A stretch of DNA of 62,901 bases, the filler included, from Octopus bimaculoides (taxonomy: Eukaryota): the NCBI RefSeq assembly GCF_001194135.2. It is 4 parts of 3 records of this genome, joined end to end, with 100 filler letters (N's around TTAATTAATTAA, not from the genome) between each part and the next. Parts side by side here need not be neighbours in the genome. Positions count along the whole stretch, not along the records: positions 1 to 30,019 come from NC_068988.1; 3 more parts are not named here. One strand, 5' to 3'. Made by a program: the position numbers and the translations under genes. The notes under the pieces were generated by a model that did not search any database, was not told the DNA's origin, and saw only the letters and a list, made by a program, of their open reading frames with translations. The number at the start of each line of letters is the position of its first letter. The first letter of the stretch is position 1. This document shows positions 13,151-25,699 of the stretch, one piece after another.

Positions 13151-14125
13151 TTTAGAGGGTTTTCTAGTTGAAATATTAATTTATTTCACTATTTATCAAA
13201 TTTGTAAAAAAACTAGATAATTTAGTAACTGCATTTGAAGCTATTAATCTTTAAATGAGGACACATGTTTAGAAAAAAGGCAGAGAGAGAGACAGAGGAG
13301 AGATAATTAACTTCTCAGTAAAAAAAATAGTGCCTTATGAATATCAAGATTACACAAACCAATATTGGAATGGTTTATGATGTGCCTTGTTGTAGATAGG
13401 AAGAAAACTTCTCACTCCCAATATTTACACACTTACACATACACACACACACACACACACATATATTTAAAGGGCACAATACATATGTTTGTACACAACT
13501 AAAAACTTCATATTTATCTCTCACCAGATGGAGTACTTTTCTGTTGAATTTCCTATGATGGAACAGTTCATTCTCACACATACATGCACTTGTATGTATG
13601 TGAGCATGTGACCATATAAGTTTAGTAATGAGAATTAGTTTTAGGCTCAGGGTATATAGCAATTCAGGGTTTATGTTTAGGAAGTGCAATGGGATTTATT
13701 AACGACCAGTAAAGTGGCCTTCTAGTGGCTTCTTGATCATCCAGTTCAGGTCTATAGGTGCATATACATCTCCAAGAATTCCACAACATGTACATTTTCA
13801 TATCCAATACCTTGAAAACGTCTGTAGGTCTCAAGTCATGTTATGAATATAATAATCTTACATTGTGCATTTGCTAATGTCTTGTAGGGATACTGTATTT
13901 CGTTATGGAACCATAATATACTACAAAATATATTGAACGTTTTTATAAGTCCATACTGTGTTCTACTGTGTTAGCAGTGCTATTACATCAGTTGATAAGG
14001 TTATCTCTACAGATTTTTTATAGAAATTTTAGCCAGCACTGATTTTGTTACAACGTTTCATATCTGAGACACCTAATATAAACAACAATGAGATAGTATA
14101 TGAAAAATGGTTAATGGGCATATAT

Positions 14126-14165
14126 ACCATATTTCAGGAGTTTTTACTCCATCATCAGCACCCAC
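14126..14165 (-). ncRNA. Hammerhead-like motif (PLE terminus type), non-canonical stem I junction
   Basis: Reverse complement reads GTG-CTGATGA-TGGAGT AAAA ACTCCT-GAAA-TAT-GG. Core boxes and stem II are present; proximal stem I pairs poorly. Confidence 0.45.
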
Positions 14166-14251
14166 CCAACCCATTAACCATCCATAAACTCATTGGTTAG
14201 ATACCTACTAAATATAGTGGTGTAATGATATTGATATCCCTGTTTTACATA

Positions 14252-14294
14252 TGAGTGCTGATGAAAGAACAAAAACTCCTGAAATATAGCATAC
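14252..14294 (+). ncRNA. Hammerhead-like motif, inverted paralogue of 14126-14165
   Basis: GTG-CTGATGA-AAGAAC AAAA ACTCCT-GAAA-TAT-AGCAT. Stem II is partly decayed. Confidence 0.4.
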
Positions 14295-16099
14295 AAATCA
14301 TCATCAACTTAAACCTCGTATTTGTTTATAAGACGATTACTTGACTAATTTTTGACTAACACCAGTATAATAGTATAATACAGAATTTTGCGTGTGACTT
14401 TTACCTGAAAATGTACCTTAAGGATGTAAAAATATAAAACAAAGCTACGTAGGCCTATAGGCCGACTTACAGCCAAATCAACTTACAACTAGTCAGTCAG
14501 AACCAGTTGTGGTTGTAAGTCGACAATGCGGTATCTTGGATACAAAACATTCTAACAAAATCGGTGCTGGCTATAATTTCTATAGAGAAAAATCTGTAGA
14601 GATAACCTTAACAAGTTGTGCATTTGATGAAGATTCAAACAAAATGACAGTCTGTATTCACTGTAAACAACGCCATGTGCATATTCATAGCTTCACACCT
14701 TATGATGATGAAACTCTATAAATAATTGTACTCAATGGTGTGTTGTTTACATCTACTTAACTGGTTTGCTGTATTGTCAAAATTATAATTACTAGTTCTG
14801 TACACACAAAAAAAGAGAGAAAAACATTTCTAAATTTGGCAATAAAATATTGGCAGCTTTTTTTTTATAATTATTGGTGATACTGGATATTAGCATACCA
14901 AATTATTTATGAATTACTTTCATCATTGAATACTTTTGTTCTTTGAATGCTTTCCTTATTGAATACACAAGTTCTTTTAATGCAAACATATACACTGTTG
15001 TATCAGTTGTTTATGTCCGTGTTAAAGCAATGAATACATTTGAAATTAAATTTTAAAATAATCTATATAGATAACAGCGAATCAATGGATATAAAAACAA
15101 TGTAGTTTTAAATTGTAAAAAGAAATAAAGATTATATTTTTATTTCAAGAACAGCAAATCGATAATATAAATAAACAATTACAGAACATTGTTCACGTGT
15201 AGCAATAAAAATGTTTCAAACTCTTGACCATCACCATGCTCTTCTTATTATATGTCATTATCTCATCAGCACTAATTTAAAAAAAATAATTATCAGATAA
15301 GTCTTCTGATGCATCGTTCATTAGTTTTGCACATAATTGGCACAAAATCAAAAGGTTTCAATGCACTGTCTGTGAACATGATGGTTAACAGAACTGACAA
15401 AATTCTTGCTGTTGTTTGTAATATAAAGGTCACACATATGTAACAATAACACTATATGTTTATATTAAAAGAAAGAAATCATCCAAACATATGAGTATTT
15501 AAAGAACAAAAATATTTAACAATGAATTTCATTATTTATTCAATACCCTAATTTATATAACTCTACTTTTAGCTAAATTCAGTTTCAATAATAATGAATT
15601 ATTACAAAACATAAATATCAATACTTCTACAAATTATAATGGTTTTAATGAATTTGAATTATTTTACATACTATTGTTATTGTTGTTGTTGTGGTTGGGT
15701 GGACAAGGCTGAAAGGATTAAGGAAAGACACCGTCCTCTTCAGTCAAGTGATAGCAAAGAGGTAAGTGAAATCCCAGTGAATTTGTGGAACCATTGGTGT
15801 CTGTGGTAAAAATGGTTAGAGTGAATGGCCTTTTGCTAAGTATGCATGTGAAGATTGGAGAACAGGAAAGAGGGCTCATACTGTTGGTGGTCAGAGTAAT
15901 CCTGAATCTGTAGGGTTCATTGATCGACCCTACATGGAGCTTATAACATACTTTGTATGCTGTGTATCTTTTTATTACATTTCACTGTTTTTCCCATTAC
16001 TTTCTTCCATCCTTTATGTAACCCCCCCNNNNNNNNNNNNNNNNNNNNNNNNNNNNNNNNNNNNNNNCACATATCATTGTCTCTCCTTGTGATTTTATA

Positions 16100-16480
16100 T
16101 CTTTTCATGGCCAGGTTCCAACCCAGGCTGCAGCAACAATGTCCACCCACCACACTTCTCAGTCCAACCTCACTGCCTCGAGGTTCTGAATATATTCCAG
16201 GCCAGTGTCTGTGATCAAGCTGTCGGTATAGAAAGTGACAACGTTTTTCTCTTCTTACATCACCATGAAGTGGGTTCCACAAGACTAATTTGGATGGTTC
16301 CAGCTCAGGGTGGTGCACACAGTGATCAGATATTTGCAGCTGTCTTTGTCTGTACTTCTTGCTAACTTTGGCAGATCTCTGTAAACCCTTTTGGTTGCCA
16401 TATGTTGCTGTCATTTCACATTTAGGCTCATCCATAGCATCCTTGTGTAGCAGCCATATAGCCCTTGTGATGTCCCCCTC
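16100..16480 (-). mobile_element. RTE-clade (RTE-X-like) LINE 3' remnant
   Basis: ..TYGNQKGLQRSAKVSKKYRQRQLQISDHCVHHPELEPSKLVLWNPLHG, then after a frameshift FYTDSLITDTGLEYIQNLEAVRLDREVW. Resembles the RTE C-terminus RLRLAGHC..LVLWxPxHG..TYIDxL..DTG..DRxxW. Confidence 0.75.
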
Positions 16481-16597
16481 ATCTATGCCTCTGCTACTAA
16501 TAAAAGAAATTATTACTATTACTATTATTATTTATTATAATTATTCTTATAATAATAATAATAATAATAATTATTATTATTATTATTATTATTATTT

Positions 16598-16765
16598 TCT
16601 TTTTTTTGCACAGCTTCTAATGCTGGAGATGTACTATGGTGTCAGCTGTTCACTGCCAGTGAACTAAGGTAATACTTCTTATTTTTCGAGCACCTTCTGG
16701 AGTATTCAAGTGGTTCCAAGCACTGCTGTTTTCTGCAAGTGCTCCAGCTTTATTGCAGCCCTTAT
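16598..16765 (-). mobile_element. 5'-truncated R4/Dong-type (RLE) non-LTR element embedded in (AAT)n
   Basis: Minus frame IKLEHLQKTAVLGTT*ILQKVLEK* matches the RLE C-terminal LQKxALLGTAxILRKVL. A short 3' UTR and A-rich end follow; (AAT)n on both sides. Confidence 0.75.
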
Positions 16766-16779
16766 TATCATTATTATTA

Positions 16780-16890
<111 letters not shown>

Positions 16891-16914
16891 GTAGTAGTAG
16901 TAGTAGTAGTAGTA

Positions 16915-17125
16915 AGGTGGCAAGCTGAGAGAATTGTTAGCATGCCAGGCGAAATGTTTAGCAGTATTTCGTCTGTTGCTATGTTCTGAGTTCAAATTCC
17001 ACCGAGGTCAACTTTGTCTTTCATCCTTTTTTTGGGACGATAAATTATGAACCAGTGAAACACTGTGGTTGATGTAATCGACTACTACCTTCCCCCAAAT
17101 TTCAGGCCTTGTGCTTATAGTAGAA
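16915..17125 (+). mobile_element. SINE family C (tRNA-like head, CORE-like body)
   Basis: aaggtggcaagctgagagaattgttagc..gagttcaaattcc..gaggtcaactttgtctttcatcc..ggccttgtgc; more than eight copies in the window. Confidence 0.85.
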
Positions 17126-17157
17126 ATGATTATTATTATTATTAACAACAACAACAA

Positions 17158-17315
17158 CAACAACAACATCGAAAAATACCTTAGGAATGAGAACCCAGGT
17201 TCAAAATTTCCCCATGACACCTGATGTAGGCTGGAGGGTATATCAGCTGAAACGTTGTGTTAACAACAAACAGGATGAGGACAAATATCTGCCAACTGTA
17301 AATAATGTATATAAT
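17158..17315 (+). mobile_element. PLE-terminus-like repeat carrying a hammerhead copy (17216-17261) with a core A9>T substitution
   Basis: Near-identical to 18478-18628. Reads GACAC-CTGATGT-A-GGCTG..CAGCT-GAAA-CGT-T-GTGTT. Confidence 0.75.
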
Positions 17316-17684
17316 GTCAGTTAATAACACTTTGTTATATTCCAATACATTTTTAGAATGCAGTAAACCCTGCTGCAATAAACTTGCATTTGTGCATAGA
17401 ATTGGTTAAAATGAAAGACGAGCAATATATTTGGAACAGAAAGCATAAAAGCATAAATTTCATGTATAATTCATGATTTAACTCTGCTCAGTAGCAATTG
17501 TAATAGAGTAAGAACAATATCATTTATGAATTTAACATGCATATTTAATTTAAAAGTGATAGGTTATCCATTTCGTTGAGAAAAAATACTATATAAGTGA
17601 TGGTTTTACTTTATTGAAACAGCTGTTAAGCACAAATCAAATTTTTGTATCAGATGTAATTTATGTTACTTTATTTTTTATTAT

Positions 17685-17721
<37 letters not shown>

Positions 17722-18040
17722 TACACATGCACACACGTGCAAAGAAATGTCTGCAGAATATCCATCTGTCGAATCCCAAATACATAAAATTATTTGACCT
17801 GCGACTATTATCTTTTATCTCTCCTCTTTCACTGGTTTCAGTCATTAGAATGTGGCCATGCTGGGGCATTAGCTTGAGGAGTTTTAGTCAAACGAATTGA
17901 AACTATTAAGCCTACTATTTATTTTATTCATCTACCTCGCTGAACGGAGTTACGTGGGCATAAACTCAACAATACTGATTGTCAAGTAGTGATAGGGATC
18001 AAACACAGGTACAAAGACACACACACACACACACACACAT

Positions 18041-18083
<43 letters not shown>

Positions 18084-18361
18084 AACACACATCCTCACAT
18101 ACATGATGGGCTTTGGTCATCTCAAATCTATAGTAGAAGACGCTTGCTCAAGGTTCATTGCAATGGGACTGAATCCAGGACCATGTGGTTAGGAAGCAAA
18201 CTGAATGATATGGTTATGAAATGAACTTCTTAACTAAAATTGCCCTGCCAACCATGGCAATTATGTCTGTGACCAAAAAGTATTCCAACCATAAACATGC
18301 TTTCCCTTTTCATAGCTAAGTCTATCTTGACCATGTTATCACCACACCATATGCCCACATG

Positions 18362-18429
18362 CATATGGCATAGTGGTTAAGAGCTCGGGCTACTAACCCC
18401 AAGATTTCAAGTTCGATTCCAGGCAGTGA

Positions 18430-18433
<4 letters not shown>
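18362..18433 (+). mobile_element. tRNA-derived Pol III head (SINE family D), tRNA-Ser-like
   Basis: A box TGGCATAGTGG (18366-18376), GGGCTACTAACCC anticodon-arm-like hairpin, B box GTTCGATTCC (18411-18420), followed by (AAT)n. The same head occurs at 30153-30232(-) and 52945-52972(+). Confidence 0.8.
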
Positions 18434-18480
<47 letters not shown>

Positions 18481-18529
18481 CATTGAAAAATACCTTAGGA
18501 ATGAGAAACCAGGTTTGAAAATTCCTGAA

Positions 18530-18575
18530 GACACCTGATGAAGGCTGGAGGGTATATCAGCTGAAACGTTGTGTT
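18530..18575 (+). ncRNA. Minimal type-I hammerhead ribozyme, core intact
   Basis: Stem I GACAC/GTGTT, core CTGATGA plus extra A, stem II GGCTG/CAGCT, GAAA, palindromic ACGT in place of stem III, predicted cleavage triplet GUU (after 18570). Confidence 0.7.
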
Positions 18576-18995
18576 AACAACAAACAAGATGAGGACAAAT
18601 ATCCGTCAAAGGTGAATAATGTAAATAATGCTATTTTTCTTATGCTTTACAGCTAGAGTGTGATAGGAAGGATATCTGATGGCTAATTCTAGCCATTTGA
18701 GTGTCTTTCTAGAGGTTCTCTTGTTGCTGCAGCAATGGTCTTTTGGAAGCAATGTTTGTGAAGCAGATGACACAAATTGTAGTGACAATCATTTAAGTTT
18801 TGTGATTACAACATTAAAATTAGTGGTGTTATTGTTAATCTTGGAGTTGCGCTTGTGTGATGGTGGTAATGCTGCTGCTGATGGTAAGTGTAGTGTTGGT
18901 GGTGGCAGTGGCGATATCAACAATATGGCAGCAATACCAATGCTATTTGAGTGGGCAATGGCTCATTCACAGTCTTAGCAATATTCTTTTCTACT

Positions 18996-19200
18996 CTAGA
19001 CACAAAGCCTGAAATTTTTGGGGAGGCGGGGGCAGTTGATTAGATCTACCCCAGTATGCAACTGGTACTTAACTTATCGATCCCGAAAAGATGAAAGACA
19101 AAGCCAACCTCAATAGAATTTGAACTTAGGATGTAAAGACAGACGAAATACTGCTAAGCATTTTACCAGGCATACTAACGGTTCTGCCTGCTTGCCACCT
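18996..19200 (-). mobile_element. SINE family C
   Basis: Reverse complement of the 16915-17125 consensus. Confidence 0.85.
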
Positions 19201-19519
19201 TACAGTTTTAATAATATTGTAGTTTTAATGATATCACAGAAGAATTTTTCACTTTGTGATTGTTGTTTAACTTTGATCAGCTTTACTTGAGCTGCATTAT
19301 CATAGGATTATTTGATTAATCAATCAAAATAATTATACAATTCCTGTTTAAAGCCTCTGTCATCCTTTCTTCATAGTAGAGAAGACTGGCCAAAGATTTT
19401 AAAGATTTGTGGTTGTCTTGGTAAACATTTAAGATTTTCTGAGATTTAACACTTGGAATCTATGGTTTTTCTTAAGGTTTACTGAGGTTTAACACTCAAG
19501 ATTTGTTCATCGTAAGATC

Positions 19520-19745
19520 ATCATCATCATCTTCATCGTTTAACGTCCGCTTTCCATGCTGGCATGGGTTGGATGGTTTGACTGAAGACTGGCAAGCTAG
19601 GAGGATGCACCAGGCCACAATCTGTCCTGGAAAGGTTTCTACAGCTGGATGCCCTTCCTAATGCCAACCACTCTGAGAGTGTAGTGAGTGCTTTTTACAT
19701 GCCCCTGGCACAGGAGCCAGTCAGGCGGCACTGGCATCGACCACA
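19520..19745 (-). mobile_element. RTE-tail-type repeat (SINE or LINE 3' end) ending in (GAT)n
   Basis: Reverse complement ..ggttggcattaggaagggcatccagctgtagaaacc..cagcatggaaagcggacgttaaacgatga(n). Related to 1120-1165 and 4370-4410. Confidence 0.7.
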
Positions 19746-20554
19746 CTCAAAAGACATGAAATTTGGGTGCAGTATTGAGTGATTGCATAAACCTTCCTTC
19801 TGGTACTGACATCAATACCAGAGAAGCAAATGGTTTCGATTGTTATCTAGCTATAGGAATGTTAGGATGGAGTAAATTTTCTATTGGAGACATGCATTGC
19901 CTAATCAGTTCTTCCAGTTTTAAGACATAGGCTGGAATTCTAAGATTATTTGGCTGCCATTTCGAGCTCAGAGGTTCACATGTTGTTTGGGAATGTTACT
20001 TTAGCAGCGATGATGTCGACAACAATAATATAAATGTTCCTTATATTGGTGTTGCTGTTACGGTTGCAGTTGTAATGTACCTGAGGACTGTATACAACAA
20101 TTTCATTATATGTATTACAGTTAGGTCAATGGTGATGAATACATGTTTTCTTTTCATGATTTAGTCAAAAAGCAAAAAGGAATAAAATCTTTGCAACTTC
20201 TCCAAGACTAGTGGAACACAGGGAGGGATTAACAGCAGAGTGGGAACCTTTTCTAAATGCTTCCAAAAGAATGGACTCAACTAACATCACCTAAAAGAGT
20301 GAGGTAGTGATATCAGAATAGATGCTATTATGTGTTTATCAATCAATCATAGTGATGTCATTGATGAAACAATGAATGAGAGACACATTACAATGAAAAT
20401 TCGAGTCAGACTGCAAGACAGTTAATACACAAATTCTATTTGATGATATCAATATTTATCAAAATTTAAATGTAAATAAACACAATGCTGTATATCTTCT
20501 GTACACGAGATATTTCTACTGCATCTACACACAGTAGACACATGATTGTTCGGA

Positions 20555-20617
<63 letters not shown>

Positions 20618-20968
20618 ATAACATATGCTTATAATTACTGGAACCTGCACAGCTAATAAACACGTTTACAGAGACTAATGTGAGCACCTCTCAGTAGACT
20701 GTTTGCATGAAAGCTTGTACTAATTACCCAAATATGAATGTCTGTTTACAAACACATAATTACATACACCTAGTCACGACAATAGACTCACATGCATGCA
20801 TATAAATGTATATATCTGCACATGTGTGTATGTGTGCATGTGTGTATGCATGCACATGTATACATATATATATACATATATGCATATACATACACACATA
20901 TGTATGCATATATACATATCTCTGTCTGTCTATCTGTCTTGTTCTCACACACACACACACACACACAC

Positions 20969-21022
<54 letters not shown>

Positions 21023-21483
21023 GTAGCTCACATAGACACAGGGACATCAAAGATACATGTACTCATATGCAGTGAAAAATATTCAGACATGAATGCATGC
21101 ACACACATGCAACATAGGAAATTTTATTCGTGCACCACATGCATATATGTCCTTGCAACACTCTCTTGTAATTAGAAACGCATGCACAGACTTATAAAGT
21201 AAGCCACACCTATCTACAAATAACTTCTAACATATGCCTGTAATACAAGTATGTACACACGAATATACACGTATAAATATATGTATTTGTAAAAAATAAA
21301 AAAAAATGAAAACGATCATTTGTGCATACACATATGCATGAAGGAACAAATTCTGATAGATGAAACGTTATTTACACAAAAGGAGTGTAAACACAAACAC
21401 ATGCAAACATACATAACAACAAATAATAGCAACAACAAAAATAACAATTACAGCAATAGCCATAACAACAATGATAATAATAA

Positions 21484-21530
<47 letters not shown>

Positions 21531-22364
21531 ATAGTAGTAGTAGTAATTTACAAAAATCACTAAACAGAACAAAAAAATAATGACATAATTTCACAATATA
21601 TGCTATTGATGTTCAAAGAATTGATTTTCGATAATTTCATGTAAATTAGAAATGTCTTTAAAATTATTTGTGTAGATTAAAAATTCAATTAATTAAAATA
21701 CAAAGATATTTTATGATTTTCCCTTTGGTCAGCTTTTGTTTTGTGAAGTTTCATTTTTAATTAGTTATTTATTTATTTTATTTTGTAGAAAGATTTCATG
21801 ACAAAAGTCACTTCAAAGCAAATTATCAGCTATTTTTGAATAGTTGGTTATATTATAGAAGAAAGTGGGGAGAGAACAAACCTATCATTGATGTATGGTG
21901 GTAAGTCAAAATGTTTGCATCTTATGAATTTGTAAATTTAGCATTTTATTCAAATGATAAATTATCATTATTATCTTTATTAGTTCTGTGATCTATTTGA
22001 AGACTGGGTGTTTGGATACATGTGCACCACACTCTTAATTGACGACCCTGACCAATCTACAACAGTATATTACAATGCTGTATTGCTTCCTCATAATGTT
22101 TTGCTGTCTGCTTTTTCCATGCCAGCATGGGTTAGAGTAGATCTACTGAGGCATTATTTTATGGCCTGATGCACTTCCTATTGTTAAATCATAATAAATT
22201 TTCAAATAAAATTTTCTTTGTTTCAAATGGTTTTCACAAAATGTCAACAAAACTGTGAAACTATGGGACTTATCTTTTATGAAAGATGTAAGGAAGTTTG
22301 CTCTTGATCAAACACATGCAGAGACTAATACTCTCTCTCTAACTCTCTCTCATGCACACTTATA

Positions 22365-22778
22365 TTCTTTTACTCTTTTACTTGTTTCAGTCAGTTGACT
22401 GTGGCCATGCTGGAGCACCTCCTTTAGTTAAACAAATCAACCCGGGACTTATTCTTTGTAAGCCTAGTACTTATTCTATCGGTCTCTTTTGCCAAACTGC
22501 TAAGTTATTGGATTGTAAACACACAACATCGGTTGTCAAGTGATTGCGGGGAAACAAACACACACATACATACATATATATATATATATATACATACGTA
22601 TATATACATGCACACAATGGGCTTCTTTCAGTTTCTGCCAACCAAATCCACTCACAAGGGTTTGGTCGGCCCGAGGATATAGTAGAAGACACTTGCCCAA
22701 GGTACCACACAGGGGGACTGAATCCAGAACCATGTGGTTGGGAAGCAAGCTTCTTACCACACAGTCATGCCTGTGCCT
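22365..22778 (-). mobile_element. Full-length SINE family A
   Basis: Collinear with 6348-6770. Confidence 0.9.
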
Positions 22779-23323
22779 CTATGAATATAGAATTTGCTAT
22801 GTCTCAAGCTATTATCTAGCACCTTCAGATGATCTCTACTCAACTGCTACTTACTGCTCCTTGTCAGCTACTCAATGGTCACTCAATTCCTCTACCACGG
22901 CTAGTCTACCTCTATGTCTTGGGCGATCCTACTTCTTCACTTAGGGGCATCAGCACAACAGAATTCATAGATGAGAATCAGATATCCTCCATATCGAATA
23001 CACCTAGTAGCGCTCAAGAGATTTAAATTTGAGAGGGTATAGAAGAAAAAGGTAGAGATAAGCAAGTTAGACAGATCAATATATAGAATATATTAAATAC
23101 ATGAAATATAAAAAATGTATATATGTTTGCATACAAAATGTCCAACTTACACAGAATACAAATGATAAGTTGGACCTTCTTGTATGTAAACATATATACA
23201 GTTTTTGCATTTCATGTATTTAATATACTTTATATATTGATCCGTCTAACTTGCTTATTTCTACATTTACTTCTATATATGAATATATATATCTGTATCT
23301 ATATCTATCTATCTATCTCTCTC

Positions 23324-23358
<35 letters not shown>

Positions 23359-23439
23359 TTATTGATGTTATCACATATAGTCTAAAGTAATGCATGGTCT
23401 TTAAACGGGATCTTTCTTACTCTACATTGAATTTAATCT

Positions 23440-23675
23440 TTTACTTGTTTCAGTCATTGGACGGTGCCCATGCTGGGGCACCACCTTGAAGAATTTTTAG
23501 TCGAAGGAAATGATTCCAGTACTTAATTTTTTTTTTTTTGCCAAGGCTGGTATTTATTCTATCATCTCTTTGCCAAACTGCTAAGTTACAAGGATGTAAA
23601 CACACCAACAATGGTTGTTAAACTGTAGTTGGGGACAAACACAGACACAGACACAGACAGACAGACAGATACACA

Positions 23676-23714
<39 letters not shown>

Positions 23715-23900
23715 GTTGCTTCCAGTTTCCATCTACCAATACAATACATTTCTTCTAGTTTCCATCTACTAAATCTGCTCCCAAAGCTCTCTTCAACCCA
23801 AGGCTATAGTAGAAGATGCTCACCCAAGGTGCCACTCAATGGGACTGAACCCAAATCCATGTAAGAAGTGTGCTTCCTATCACACAGCCACACCTGCACC
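23440..23900 (-). mobile_element. SINE family A, diverged
   Basis: Collinear with other family A copies; internal (CA)/(GACA) microsatellite. Confidence 0.8.
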
Positions 23901-25214
23901 TATACTCAAACAAAGGTTTCACCAAAGACATTAATCTGCTTCTTTTTCTTTTTGTTTTAGCATACAATTCACTGTGTACAGTGTTTTGTTCTTCCTTGGT
24001 TGTGTTTTATTAACCATCTTTTGAATATCTGTCAGCCTGTTGTAACCTAAGTAATGCTGCAATGGACTGGTGTCCCATCCAGGTGGGGAATCTATATGCC
24101 ACGGAAACCAGAAAGCCTGCCCTTATAAGATAACCTTATCCTTTAACCTAACCTCCCACATTGTCCAAAAGTCTGTCTCATTCCTTTTGTTCTATTTCTG
24201 CTATTTTTACTTGTGTGTATGATGTGTATATATTTGATGGACTTCTATAAAATATCCATCAAGTAAATTTCATACATTTCACTCAAGAGCAATCGGTCAG
24301 TCTGGGGGTTATAATAGAAAGTACTTGCATAAGGTGCCATGCAGTGGAAGGGAACCTGGTTCTGTTCCACTTAGTGATTACTGTTTGGTCTGTAATAACA
24401 CAACCAAGTTGCTGGCATTTAGATATTATGCAACCTCCCACCGCTTTATTCGTTTCAAACAAACCAAAAGATCGCACATAACACATAAATAACAGTAACA
24501 TCAATAAGCACATTAGCACCNNNNNNNNNNNNNNNNNNNNNNNNNNNNNNNNNNNNNNNNNNNNNNNNNNNNNNNNNNNNNNNNNNNNNNNNNNNNNNNN
24601 NNNNNNNNNNNNNNCCCCCCTACCCCCCACCCCACCCCCATCCCACCAGTGTGTAATGCACCAGAAGATAAGTGCAGGAGAATAACTGTTATGCTTCAAG
24701 GAAGTCAAACCTGTCTGCACTCAGTGGCCAGAAGCAGTATCATTATCATCATCATCATCGTCATCATCATTGTCATCACCATCACCACCACCACTGTCAC
24801 TACAACCACTGCCACTACCACTGCCACTACCACTGTTGACACCACTGCTGTTGCCACCACCACCACCACCACTATCATTTGATGTCTTTGGTCCTTACTG
24901 GTATGGTTTGGATGGCATGAAGAGGTTGCAACTAGTTCTAGGTCAAGTATAGTTAGAAATATAAGAACAGACTGTATAGAGCAGAAAAAACAGTGCATCT
25001 GGATTGTCACACACCATTCATCATAGAATATAAAGTGCTACACATCAGGATGCACAGAACAGCAATGGCGATTAACTATGTGGAAACACGGAGTATCAAG
25101 AGCAGTGATTTTCAGCCTCTTGTTGCTAAGCACTCTCTTTCCCTCTTTGGCCAAAGGACATTTCACAGATGTTTGCTAGCCATATTTTGGCAGGAAAAAA
25201 TTGTAGATTATTCT

Positions 25215-25427
25215 ATTCTTCTCCAGACACAAGGCCTGAAATTTTGAGGGAGAGGGCCAGTCGATTAGATCGACCCCAGTACACAACTGATATTTAATTT
25301 ATCGATCCCGAAAGGATGAAAGGCAAAGTCGACCTCTGCAGAATTTGAACTCAGAATGTAAAGACAGATGAAATACCGCTAAGCATTTTGCCCAGCGTGC
25401 TAATGATTCTGTCAGCTCGCCACCTTA
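25215..25427 (-). mobile_element. SINE family C
   Basis: acaaggcctgaaatttt..gaccccagtac..gaaaggatgaaaggcaaagtcgacctc..gaatttgaactcag..cagctcgccacctt. Confidence 0.9.
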
Positions 25428-25699
25428 AAATGTAGATTATTTAATCAAAAAAATGCTAATTTAGCATAGTTGTTTAACACTAGCATTTAAACTGGCAAAA
25501 TCTGGCCAAAATATTTTTATGTTCAAACTAATCAGATCCAACCTTACCAACATACCCTAAAATGTCATTCTAAGAATAAAACTATCATATCATCAAAATC
25601 TCAAAGCTATGAAGAGAATAAAATGGTTAGTCACAGTTTAGTTTATGGTTTGGATGGTGGGTCATCTGTACCAGGGCTGACCTAGGGCTAAACGATAGT

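Noticed and set aside
13800-13960. PLE post-RT peptide (FHNEIQY..) on the minus strand
   Set aside because: Short similarity in a position inconsistent with the adjacent hammerhead; left unassigned.
15715-15752. Hammerhead-like motif on the minus strand (CTGAAGA-GGA..TCC)
   Set aside because: The GAAA box is absent (TTAA instead); at most a decayed relic.
18362-18433. Functional tRNA gene
   Set aside because: No acceptor-stem pairing or Ser variable arm; it runs into (AAT)n and is multicopy, so it was treated as a SINE head.
20165-20302. Possible exon (plus QKAKRNKIFATSPRLVEHREGLTAEWEPFL..; minus VMLVESILLEAFRKG..)
   Set aside because: Both strands are open until a stop; strand is unresolved, there is no partner exon and no recognised homology.
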